Shown here piece by piece: positions 55,862 through 64,000 of a stretch of 64,000 nt of DNA (its first letter is position 1; every line of letters starts with the position of its first letter). A program made the position numbers and the translations under genes. Under the pieces are notes generated by a model, which made no database searches, was not told where the DNA came from, and saw nothing but the letters and a program-made list of their open reading frames with translations. The stretch is from Desulfobacterales bacterium (lineage in GTDB: Bacteria; Desulfobacterota; Desulfobacteria; Desulfobacterales; UBA5852), in assembly GCA_963674755.2 (NCBI GenBank), contig CAXXVS010000001.1, positions 928,001 to 992,000 on the forward strand. Direction: 5' to 3'.

Positions 55862-56652
55862 AGGCTTGCCGGTACCGTTTGACAGGTTTGGCCGTGGTCC
55901 TGGCTGTGGGGCTGCCCTTTGTGCCGCTGGTTCTCTGGGCATTGGCGGACCGCTGGTTTTTCCCGGCGCTGTGGCCCCAATCCTTCGGTCTGCGGGCCTG
56001 GACCTATATCACCTCCACGGCCGGGGTCCAGGTCCTGGCCGCGGTTGGCCAGAGCATGGCGGTGGCGGCCATCACCGCCGTCATTGCCGTGGCGATGGCC
56101 GTCCCGGCCGGCCGGGCCCTGGGACTTTACGAATTCAAAGGCAAGGATCTGGTATCCATTCTGCTGACCCTGCCGGTGATCGTGCCGCCCCTTTGTGTGG
56201 CCATGGGGCTGCACCTCTGGTTTATCCGGCTGGGACTGGCCGAAACCTTGGGGGGCGTCATCGGCGTACACCTGACCTTTAGCCTGCCCTATGCCATTTT
56301 TGTGTTATGGGGCGTTTTCGCCAATTACAATCCCGATTTTGAAGACCAGGCGCGCTCGCTGGGGGCGTCACGGTTCAGGGTGATCACCCGGGTGATGCTG
56401 CCGATGATTCTGCCGGGCATCAGCGTGGCGGCCCTTTTTGCCTTTCTGTTGTCCTGGAGCCAATATTTGAGTACCTTGATCATCGGCGGCGGGCGTGTGA
56501 TGACCCTGCCTGTTTTGCTGTTCGCCCTCATGGGAAGCGGCGATCGACCGGTGGCCGCCGCGGTCAGCCTGGTGTTTGTGACGCCGGCCCTGGTGGCGCT
56601 TTTTTTCAGCGCCCGTTATCTGGGCGCCCGCAGCCTTGCCGGAGTGCGCTGA
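55858..56652 (+). CDS. ABC transporter permease (PotC/YnjC C-half-like)
   Basis: 'W.FP.L.P', 'EDQARSLGAS', 'SWSQY..TL.IGGG...TLP'. Confidence 0.88.
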   Translation: MKACRYRLTGLAVVLAVGLPFVPLVLWALADRWFFPALWPQSFGLRAWTYITSTAGVQVLAAVGQSMAVAAITAVIAVAMAVPAGRALGLYEFKGKDLVSILLTLPVIVPPLCVAMGLHLWFIRLGLAETLGGVIGVHLTFSLPYAIFVLWGVFANYNPDFEDQARSLGASRFRVITRVMLPMILPGISVAALFAFLLSWSQYLSTLIIGGGRVMTLPVLLFALMGSGDRPVAAAVSLVFVTPALVALFFSARYLGARSLAGVR

Positions 56653-57689
56653 TGGGGAATCTGAGCTTGCACAATCTGACCGTCGGCTACGGGCGCCGGA
56701 ACATCATCCAGGGCTTCCAGCTCGATGTGCGTGACGGCGAGTTGGTTTCCCTGCTGGGCCCCAGCGGGGCCGGCAAAACCACGATCCTGAAAGTCGTGGC
56801 CGGCCTGCTGCCGCCCACCGGGGGCGATATCCTGATCGACGGGCGGTCGGTGATCGGCCTGGCCCCTGAGCAGCGCGACGCCGTGATGGTATTCCAGAAG
56901 CCGTTGCTGTTTCCGTTTATGAATGTGGAACAAAACATCGCTTTCGGTCTCCGCATGCAGAAGCGACACCCGGCCGAAGCCCGCCAAAACGTCGCAGAAA
57001 TTCTCTCCCTGACCCGCCTCGCAGGCCTGGAAGGGCGCAAGGTGCATGCCTTATCCGGCGGTCAGCAGCAGAGGGTGGCCCTGGCAAGGGCCCTGGTTCT
57101 GAAACCCTCGGTGCTGCTGCTGGACGAACCCCTCAGCAATCTGGATGCCAACCTGCGTCAGCGGATGCGGGACCTCATTCAGACCATTCAAGCGGAAACC
57201 GGCATGACCATGCTTTTTGTCACCCACGACCAGTCCGAGGCGCTTACGATATCCCATCGGGTGGCCCTGCTGCTGGACGGCCGGCTACGACAGGTGGGCA
57301 CGCCCCGTGAACTGTTCCATCAGCCGGCCGATCCGGAGGTGGCGCGCTTTTTCGGGGGGAAGAATTTTTTCCAGGGACGGGTGCAGGACGAACTTTTTAT
57401 CGCGGACTTCGGTCAATTTCTCGTGGGCCGCCAGGCGGGCAACGGCCATTTGCGGACGGCTACGGTCCGCCCCGAAGACATCATCATTGCACCGCGCCGC
57501 AAGGATTCCACGGCAGCGCTGACCGGGCGGATCGTCAAGGTGAACTTTGAAGGCAGTGCCACCCGGATCGTGGTGGCCTGCGCGGCCGGTGAGTTCATGG
57601 TGTTGACCGCCCAGGATCGGTTTACCCCCGGTGATGAGGTGGAACTGACGCTGCCGCCGGAGAAAATCAGGCTATTTCCCCTGCCCTAG
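56652..57689 (+). CDS. ABC transporter ATP-binding protein (PotA-like, TOBE tail)
   Basis: GPSGAGKT; LSGGQQQR; LLLDEP; VTHD. Confidence 0.95.
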   Translation: MGNLSLHNLTVGYGRRNIIQGFQLDVRDGELVSLLGPSGAGKTTILKVVAGLLPPTGGDILIDGRSVIGLAPEQRDAVMVFQKPLLFPFMNVEQNIAFGLRMQKRHPAEARQNVAEILSLTRLAGLEGRKVHALSGGQQQRVALARALVLKPSVLLLDEPLSNLDANLRQRMRDLIQTIQAETGMTMLFVTHDQSEALTISHRVALLLDGRLRQVGTPRELFHQPADPEVARFFGGKNFFQGRVQDELFIADFGQFLVGRQAGNGHLRTATVRPEDIIIAPRRKDSTAALTGRIVKVNFEGSATRIVVACAAGEFMVLTAQDRFTPGDEVELTLPPEKIRLFPLP

Positions 57690-57758
57690 CCGTCGCTAAT
57701 GCGGCCTGGCAAGAGGACCGGGAGTCCGGAGCGTATTCCAGGTTAGGAGAATTCTTCA

Positions 57759-58793
57759 GTGTCCGATCGGATTGCCGCCCTGCCGGCCCGGATTGAGGCC
57801 TATCTGCGCCAGGGGGACTGGTCCCATTTGCCGATGCTGGCCGGCCGCCCCTTATCGGTCAGCCTGCTGGCCCGGGGAGAATACAACCTGAATTACCGGG
57901 TTCGGGCCGGCGAAGAAACCCTCGTTTTCCGGGTGAACATGGGCACCCAGATCGAGCGGGACGATCAGATTCAGTATGAATTCGCGGCGCTCAAGCTTCT
58001 GGAGGGCAGCGGCGTCACCCCCCATCCCTATTTCGTGGACGACTCCCGCACCTTTTTCGATCAGGGCATCGGGATCATGGAATTTCTGCCCGGCCGCCCT
58101 TTGGACTACACCACCGATCTCGATGCGGCGGCCGCCCTGCTGGCGCGGGTTCACCAGACGGCGGTTCCGGACGATCATCATCTCATCCGGGAGGAAGCCC
58201 CCCTGGATCTGATCTACCGGGAATGCGCCGGCCTGCTCGATACCTATTTTGAATCCGATCTGGCCGACCGGGCCATTGCCGCTTTTTTGCGCGAGGTTTT
58301 GGACTGGGCCGCACAAGCCCGCCGGCAGGAACGCTTCTACCAGGAAGACCCCTGGCCCTGCATTGTCAATACCGAGGTCAACTCGGGCAATTTCATCGTC
58401 AACCCCGATCGGCAGACCATTCACCTGGTGGATTGGGAAATGCCCCGCTGGGGGGATCCTTCCCAGGACCTCAGCCATTTCTGCTCGCCGTTGACCACTC
58501 TCTGGAAGACTGATTTCCGGATGACGCCAGGGGTAAAAATGCATTTTCTTAAAACCTATACCCGCCACCTTCACGACCCGCACCTGCGCGACACCCTGTT
58601 CGAGCGGGTGCGATTACGCGACCCCTTTGTCTATCTGCGGGGCATATCATGGTCGGCCATGGGGTGGGTGGCTTACCAGACGCAGTTTGCCGGAATGAAA
58701 AATCCTGACACCTGGGAGACGCTGCAGCGCTATCTGGATCTGGCGTTTATGCGCTCCCTTTTCGAACCTTTCATGCGGACGGCGGCATGCTGA
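57759..58793 (+). CDS. aminoglycoside-phosphotransferase/choline-kinase-like protein with atypical catalytic loop
   Basis: 'L.RGEYNLNY', 'YEF..L..L', 'MEFLPG', 'NTEVNSGNF' in place of HxDxxxxN, 'VDWE', 'GDP..DL'. Confidence 0.8.
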   Translation: MSDRIAALPARIEAYLRQGDWSHLPMLAGRPLSVSLLARGEYNLNYRVRAGEETLVFRVNMGTQIERDDQIQYEFAALKLLEGSGVTPHPYFVDDSRTFFDQGIGIMEFLPGRPLDYTTDLDAAAALLARVHQTAVPDDHHLIREEAPLDLIYRECAGLLDTYFESDLADRAIAAFLREVLDWAAQARRQERFYQEDPWPCIVNTEVNSGNFIVNPDRQTIHLVDWEMPRWGDPSQDLSHFCSPLTTLWKTDFRMTPGVKMHFLKTYTRHLHDPHLRDTLFERVRLRDPFVYLRGISWSAMGWVAYQTQFAGMKNPDTWETLQRYLDLAFMRSLFEPFMRTAAC

Positions 58794-58863
58794 AGATACC
58801 GCCGTCTGCCTTGCCTCTTGGCAGGGACCGGATACCGAAAGGGGACAGGTTTCAGCCGACAAC

Positions 58864-59499
58864 ATGAACCCGCGCGAGCGCCTTATTATTTTTACCCGCT
58901 ATCCGGAACCGGGAACCACCAAAACCCGGCTGATTGCGTGCCTCGGTGCTGAGGGGGCGGCCGATTTGCAACGGCAGATGACCGCCCGTGTCCTGTCCCA
59001 GGCCAGAGCCTTGAGGGATAGGCGAAGCCTGGATCTGGAGGTGCGCCATCAAGGCGGCAGCGGTCGGTTGATGCGGATCTGGCTGGGGGACGGGGTGAAC
59101 TACGTCGACCAGGGGGAAGGGGATCTCGGGCAGCGTATGGACCGGACCTTGCGTGATGCCGTGCAGCAGGGAGCTCTTGTAGCGGTCCTCATCGGCAGCG
59201 ACATTCCCGGCATCACTACGGCCCTGCTGGCGAAGGCGTTTGCGGAGATCGAAGCGGGGAAGGTGGTTTTGGGGCCGGCCACGGACGGCGGCTATTACCT
59301 TATCGGATTGACGGCGCTTGATATGAGCGCGGCGTCGTCGGCGATTTTCGCGGATATGCCCTGGGGGACGGCCGTGGTGCTCCAAGAGACCTGCCGCCGG
59401 CTGGCGCGTGTGGGACTTTGCTATACACTTCTTGATTCGTTAACGGATATTGACCGTCCGGAAGATCTCAGCGCCTGGGAGCCCTATCGGCACAAATGA
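58864..59499 (+). CDS. TIGR04282 / DUF2064 family transferase (CofC-like fold)
   Basis: 'IFTRYPEPG..KTRL', 'QG.GDLGQRM', 'IGSDIP', 'VLGPA.DGGYYLIG', 'DIDRPEDL'. Confidence 0.92.
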   Translation: MNPRERLIIFTRYPEPGTTKTRLIACLGAEGAADLQRQMTARVLSQARALRDRRSLDLEVRHQGGSGRLMRIWLGDGVNYVDQGEGDLGQRMDRTLRDAVQQGALVAVLIGSDIPGITTALLAKAFAEIEAGKVVLGPATDGGYYLIGLTALDMSAASSAIFADMPWGTAVVLQETCRRLARVGLCYTLLDSLTDIDRPEDLSAWEPYRHK

Positions 59500-60200
59500 G
59501 CACCTTGCCCTGCAAACCTGTTATTTCCGTGGTCATTCCCACCCTGAATGAAGCGGCGCATATCGATCGCGTTCTTACAGCGGTTCTCCGGGGAAAAGCG
59601 GTGGAGGTCATTGTCGCGGACGGGGGCAGTGGGGATACCACCACGGACAAGGCGATGACCCATGGGGTGCATGTTTGTCGATGCACGGCCGGCCGGGCGC
59701 GCCAGATGAACCGGGGGGCGGCCCTGGCCCAGGGTGAGGTTCTCTTTTTTTTGCATGCCGACAGCCGCCTGCCGGCGAGCTATGACGACATCATCCGTCA
59801 CGCCCTTGCCGGCGAGGGGGTGGCGGCCGGAGCCTTTTCCCTCGGCATCGATGCCGCTTCCGCCGGGTTGCGCTTCATCGCAGGCTGCGCCAACTTGCGC
59901 TCCCGCGGCCTCGGCCTGCCTTACGGCGACCAGGGCTTGTTCCTCCGGGCGGACTGTTTTCAGGCCTGCGGGGGTTTCCCCGACCTGCCCATCATGGAAG
60001 ACGTTGTCATGGTCCGCCGCCTGCGGAAAACGGGCCGTATCGTCACGGTCCCGGAGCAGATCCGGACCTCGTCCCGCCGTTGGGAAAGGCTGGGCATACT
60101 GCGGACGACCCTGATCAATCAGGCGATTGTGGCGGGTTTCCTGCTGGGGGTTCCGGCCGCGCGTCTGACCCGCTGGTATCGGCATGCCCCGCCTAAATAG
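59496..60200 (+). CDS. TIGR04283 family GT2 glycosyltransferase
   Basis: 'SVVIPTLNE', 'DGGS.D', 'GRARQMN.GA', 'FLHADS', 'PYGDQG', 'PIMEDV', 'TSSRRW'. Confidence 0.93.
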   Translation: MSTLPCKPVISVVIPTLNEAAHIDRVLTAVLRGKAVEVIVADGGSGDTTTDKAMTHGVHVCRCTAGRARQMNRGAALAQGEVLFFLHADSRLPASYDDIIRHALAGEGVAAGAFSLGIDAASAGLRFIAGCANLRSRGLGLPYGDQGLFLRADCFQACGGFPDLPIMEDVVMVRRLRKTGRIVTVPEQIRTSSRRWERLGILRTTLINQAIVAGFLLGVPAARLTRWYRHAPPK

Positions 60201-60217
60201 GGCCCACCGACGCATCA

Positions 60218-61612
60218 TCATGACACATTACCGTTGTTCGGGCCCTGACGCGGGTAGACCCGTTGTCGTGCCTGGGCGGCTTTGACCAGGGTGTCCACAT
60301 GGATATCCACATAGTCGAAGACCCGCGCACTGCGCTTGCCCGGGGCCGGTCGCAGGACACGCCCCAGATATTGGAGCAGGCGTCCGCTGAAGCGAATCGG
60401 TGTCACCAGAAAGAGGGTTTCCAGACGGGGGCAGTCAAACCCTTCGCCGATGAGCTGGCCGGTGGCAATCAAAACCTTGACTTCGCCGGCCTGGAGCCTT
60501 TCCGTTACGGCCTGGCGCTGTTTCATGGGCACATCGCCGGTGAGCACCTCGGCCGTGATCCCGTGGCGGTATTTCAAGAGCGCCCGCAGGTTCTCGCAGT
60601 GCGCCTTGCGGTCCGACAGCACCAGGCAGACTCCTGAATCGGCCTGGTGGGCCGCGGCCACATCGGCCACGATGAGCAGGTTGCGTTCCTTGTCCTCGGT
60701 CAACTCGGAAAGCATGCGGGAATAGTCGCTGACCGGGTCGAAATAGGGCCTGAACTCGGTTTCCCGGAGGATCACCTCGGCGCAGAGCACGTCGCCGCTT
60801 TCCACCAGGGTCTGGGAGGCGATTTCCCACTGCACATTGCCAAGATGCCAGAAAATCAGTTTGGACAGGCGGTCCCGCCGCCAGGGGGTTGCCGACAGGC
60901 CCAGCATGTAGCGCGTATCAAAGGCCCGCACCGCCTCGGTGAAGGTTCGGCTGGGAGTGCGGTGGCATTCGTCCACCACCAGGTGGCCCACCCGGGGGGC
61001 TATTTCGGCGGTGCATTTGTAAAGGCTCTGGACCAGGGCCACCGTGATCTGGTTGCCGAACCGGCGGCGCCCCCCGCCGATAAACCCGATGTCCTTTTCC
61101 GGCAGCCCCAGGAACTGCTCGATGCGGGCCAGCCATTGGTGCGCCAGATCTTTGGTGTGGACGACAACGATCGTGGGCTGGCGCCGACGGGCAATCAGGT
61201 AAAGCCCCATAACGGTCTTGCCGCTGCCCGTGGGCGCACTCAGGGTGCCGAAATCCTTGGCCCCCATCTTGGCCACGGCCTCGCGCTGAAACGGTTTCAA
61301 GCGTCCCTGGAACGTAAAGGTTGTGTCGGCCAGCTTACGGCGCCGGTCTTCGAGCGCGTAGGCGATGTCCATGCGGCGGCACTGGCGCAGGAGGGTCCCT
61401 GTAAAGCCCCGCGGAATGCGAAGACCGCCGCCCTTCACCTTACGGTAAAATTTGAGCTCTTTGGGCGTCTTCCGGTTCCACCGGCCCATTCGTTCGTTTT
61501 CAATCCATTTCGGGTTGGGCAGGGTCAACGTGGCGATGAGCCACTCGGAGAGTGTTTCCGGCGAAGCGGGGATGCTCAGCACATTGGTCAGGCGCATTTT
61601 CAGGGGTGGCAT
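60218..61612 (-). CDS. superfamily-2 (DEAD/DEAH-box, ResIII/XPB-like) helicase
   Basis: 'LKPFQ', 'APTGSGKT', 'VVDECH', 'GLSATP.R.D', 'EGFD.P', 'Q..GRV.R'. Confidence 0.92.
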   Translation of the reverse strand: MPPLKMRLTNVLSIPASPETLSEWLIATLTLPNPKWIENERMGRWNRKTPKELKFYRKVKGGGLRIPRGFTGTLLRQCRRMDIAYALEDRRRKLADTTFTFQGRLKPFQREAVAKMGAKDFGTLSAPTGSGKTVMGLYLIARRRQPTIVVVHTKDLAHQWLARIEQFLGLPEKDIGFIGGGRRRFGNQITVALVQSLYKCTAEIAPRVGHLVVDECHRTPSRTFTEAVRAFDTRYMLGLSATPWRRDRLSKLIFWHLGNVQWEIASQTLVESGDVLCAEVILRETEFRPYFDPVSDYSRMLSELTEDKERNLLIVADVAAAHQADSGVCLVLSDRKAHCENLRALLKYRHGITAEVLTGDVPMKQRQAVTERLQAGEVKVLIATGQLIGEGFDCPRLETLFLVTPIRFSGRLLQYLGRVLRPAPGKRSARVFDYVDIHVDTLVKAAQARQRVYPRQGPNNGNVS

Positions 61613-61681
61613 GGCATCGGCTCCCGGCCGCTCCCGATGGATTTGCCGGCTAGAACGGGCTGGTTCATTGGGCCGGGACGG

Positions 61682-61939
61682 CTATTCATTCTCCGCCAGC
61701 AGGGCTTCCGCCACCCGGATGTCATAGGCTTGGTTCGGATCGAAGGACCCCTTGCGGGCATACATGGCCGACGCCTTGCGAATCGCCCCCCAGGGAACCC
61801 AGTCGTGCTTTTCCCACAGCTGGGGATCCTTGGCATTCCAGAGCCGGAAGTAGATATCGTCCGAACCCCGGCGGACATACATGCGGGTCTGGGGGTTCTG
61901 GGGGTAGGGCATATAGTAGAGGCCGCGTTCATCTTTCAT
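61682..61939 (-). CDS. conserved hypothetical small protein
   Basis: 'MKDERGLYYMPYPQN...RMYVR......FRLWN..DP.LW..H.WVP'; codon usage fits its neighbours. Confidence 0.7.
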   Translation of the reverse strand: MKDERGLYYMPYPQNPQTRMYVRRGSDDIYFRLWNAKDPQLWEKHDWVPWGAIRKASAMYARKGSFDPNQAYDIRVAEALLAENE

Positions 61940-62053
61940 GGTGGTAGGCAACCTTCCTTCATCGGGTTTCATTCATGGCCGTTGCGGTTTTACGCACACG
62001 GCCCACTTTCCGTCAATTGCAAAGCGGAAGCCTTTTCCGGCGCCCTTCGTTTA

Positions 62054-63439
62054 TCATTTGTCATCTTGCTCCATCCCATAGGCCCGTAGTTTGCGGCGCA
62101 GGGTATTCAATCCGATGCCCAGAATCTTGGCCGACTGGGTTTTATTGTTCCCGGTCTGGGCATAGACTTTCAGGATATGGCATTGTTCCGCCTCGGCGAG
62201 GGTGGCCGTCACGTCGGGGTCATTAGAGCGGCATTCCCGGGGGAGGGGTTTGTGCATCGGATGCAAATGCTTTTGGAGGCATTTCATCGTGATGGGCTGT
62301 CCCTGGGCCAGGTTGAGGGCCGAGTGCAGGATGGATTCCAGTTCCCGGATATTCCCGGGGTAGCCATATTGCATCAGCGCCGCGAGGGCTTCTTCGTCGA
62401 TGGCATGGCGCCCCTGGGTATCGCCGGTGCGCTTGATCAGCTCGTTGATGAGCAGCGGGATGTCATTGCGGCGTTCCCGCAGGGGCGGCAGGTGCAGCCA
62501 GGCGCCGCGGATGCGGTAATACAAATCCTTGCGGAACATCCGTTTATCGATGAGCTGATCCAGATCCTCGTTCGTGGCAGCGATGATGCGTACATCGGTG
62601 CGGCGCGGCAGACTGGTGCCCAGCTTCATATACTCACCATTTTGCAGCACCCGCAGGAGTTTGCCCTGCAATTCCAGGGGCAGGATGCCGATTTCATCCA
62701 GAAACAGGGTGCCCTTGTTGGTCATTTCGAGATAGCCGGTGCGGTCATGATCCGCCCCCGTAAAGGCGCCTTTGGTATGCCCGAAGAACTCGGCGTCGAA
62801 CAGATTGCTGTTCAGGGCAGCCATGTTGACCGGCGTGAACGGCGCTTTGGAACGGGGGCTGGCGGCGTGAATGGCCCGGGCCAGCAATTCTTTGCCGGTC
62901 CCGCTTTCGCCGGTGATCAGAACGGGAAAGGGGCTGGCGGCGTGCAACTCCGCTTCCTTGAGGATACGGATCATCTTGCGCGACTGGGTGATAATGTCCT
63001 GGAAGGCGGCTTTGTTCTGGACCTCTGGAAGCGTATCCCGCTTGTCCATGTCCAGGATATCCAGCAGGCGTTTGCGCTCCAGGGCCCGGTTGACGGTCAT
63101 GGACAGATCTTCTTCACGAACCGGTTTGACGAGGTAGTCATAAGCCCCTTTTTTGAGGCATTTGACCGACACGCGGGCCTCGTTCAAGGCCGTTATCATG
63201 ACGCATTCGGTATTGGGGCTGGTGTTTTTGATAATTTCGAGCAGTTCCATGCCATCCATCTCCGGCATGGTCACATCAATCAGGGCCACGTCGAAGGTCT
63301 CACCGGCATCGAAGCGGTTGGCCGCTTCCAGGGGATCGTCAATGCAGATAATATCCTGAAAACCGATGCTTTTCAGCTTCAACAGAACGATTTCCAGATA
63401 ATCGCGGTCATCGTCAATGACAAGAATGCGGTTGGACAT
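62054..63439 (-). CDS. NtrC-family sigma54-dependent response regulator
   Basis: Receiver; 'GESGTGKE'; 'GAFTGA'; 'LFLDEI'; 'FRKDLYYR'; 'PGNIREL'; Fis-type HTH. Confidence 0.95.
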   Translation of the reverse strand: MSNRILVIDDDRDYLEIVLLKLKSIGFQDIICIDDPLEAANRFDAGETFDVALIDVTMPEMDGMELLEIIKNTSPNTECVMITALNEARVSVKCLKKGAYDYLVKPVREEDLSMTVNRALERKRLLDILDMDKRDTLPEVQNKAAFQDIITQSRKMIRILKEAELHAASPFPVLITGESGTGKELLARAIHAASPRSKAPFTPVNMAALNSNLFDAEFFGHTKGAFTGADHDRTGYLEMTNKGTLFLDEIGILPLELQGKLLRVLQNGEYMKLGTSLPRRTDVRIIAATNEDLDQLIDKRMFRKDLYYRIRGAWLHLPPLRERRNDIPLLINELIKRTGDTQGRHAIDEEALAALMQYGYPGNIRELESILHSALNLAQGQPITMKCLQKHLHPMHKPLPRECRSNDPDVTATLAEAEQCHILKVYAQTGNNKTQSAKILGIGLNTLRRKLRAYGMEQDDK

Positions 63440-63586
63440 GGCAGCGACCTCGACAGAAAGCGGATCCACGTCATACGAAAACGTGCTCGATTCCCGGGCG
63501 ATTCGTTTCAGGCCTGGTACCACAATGCCGCGGGGGGAGGCATCGACTAGTATCCCGGGCCCTTGTCCCCCGAACGGCCATACAGA

Positions 63587-63672
63587 ATGCCAAAATGGAC
63601 TATGCCAAAATGGAACTGGCGGAATAAATATCTGAATTTAAATGGAATGTAAAGAGAAGTGTTCCAAAATGG
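63587..63672. promoter_or_regulatory. three CCAAAATGG boxes; candidate enhancer (UAS) sites
   Basis: ATGCCAAAATGGA at 63587 and 63602 and CCAAAATGG at 63664, about 110-200 bp upstream of a sigma54 motif. Confidence 0.55.
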
Positions 63673-63782
63673 TAGGCGTTTTAATGCCTTGGCAGGGGCT
63701 GAAATTGTTCCGCAGCATGCCTATTAATTCATAACGAGCTGAAAAAAGGGGGATAAATCCATTCTATTCATTTCGACGGCCC

Positions 63783-63798
63783 TGGCCTGGACTTTGCT
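63783..63798 (+). promoter_or_regulatory. sigma54 (-24/-12) promoter
   Basis: TGGCCTGGACTTTGCT with GG-N10-GC spacing, upstream of the ORF at 63910. Confidence 0.6.
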
Positions 63799-63909
63799 TT
63801 AGACCCTCACCATGAGACAGTTGTGGAACAGCAAATTGGCAGGGCGTGCGCCTGGATGTCTAAAGCGGTACCCCTTTTCCCCTCGGCCAAGTCGGATGGA
63901 GGAGCGGTA

Positions 63910-64000
63910 ATGCACTTGAAATGCAAATTCGACAACGGTGAATTTGCGCTTCTGGCCGAATTGCAGCCGCCCAAAGGAGCGGACATCTCCCGCATGATGG
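63910..64000 (+). CDS. 3'-truncated methylenetetrahydrofolate reductase-like protein
   Basis: RBS GGAGG; MHLKCKFDNGEFALLAELQPPKGADISRMM resembles the MTHFR N-terminal 'GEF....E..PPKG.D' motif. Only 30 codons are visible. Confidence 0.6.
   Translation, partial: MHLKCKFDNGEFALLAELQPPKGADISRMM

Noticed and set aside
50376..60200. Selenocysteine read-through in the TIGR04282/3 cluster
   Set aside because: The TGA stops fall at the expected protein ends, mostly overlapping or close to the next start; no in-frame TGA at a catalytic Cys position was seen.
60218..61939. Helicase plus small ORF as an anti-phage defence module
   Set aside because: No nuclease, methylase or other defence-associated domain nearby; context looks like core chromosome.
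1..64000. CRISPR array, cas genes, rRNA, integrase or transposase ORFs
   Set aside because: No regularly spaced short direct repeats and no recognisable motifs for these were seen.

Overview
GC-rich bacterial chromosomal segment whose gene content and repeat style resemble an anaerobic Desulfobacterota/deltaproteobacterium (inference). Positions 1-24.3 kb form a co-oriented (+) block of mostly uncharacterised envelope genes: DUF4410, DUF2092, two large MscS-type channels, two outer-membrane barrels, a DUF3302/HlyD/DUF1269/TolC-type module with no RND pump, DUF3313, vWA-OmpA, a repeat-expanded AsmA, PAS-SpoIIE and Ysc84. The block ends at a 3' fragment of tRNA-Glu plus a terminator, a probable attR, and carries two orphan IS-end-like relics. 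The middle holds a di-haem cytochrome c peroxidase, an acyl-CoA dehydrogenase/EtfB/EtfA operon in which EtfA is fused to an XRE-cupin regulator, DegP, FtsH, an APC permease, Usp, a NarL-type two-component system, a sigma54/IHF-driven pair of mini-proteins, a CheW-TM-LysM fusion and a GldA/F/G-DUF4340 ABC system. Positions 50.4-60.2 kb are a DUF547 / flavin-disulfide oxidoreductase / TVP38 / YnjBCD-like ABC importer / atypical kinase / TIGR04282 / TIGR04283 cluster with no radical-SAM gene in view. The window ends with an SF2 helicase and an NtrC-type regulator divergent from a sigma54-controlled, truncated MTHFR-like gene. A family of palindromic MITE-like repeats occurs about five times. No CRISPR array, rRNA, intact tRNA, integrase or transposase was seen. 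All family assignments come from motif recognition by eye; no database searches were run.
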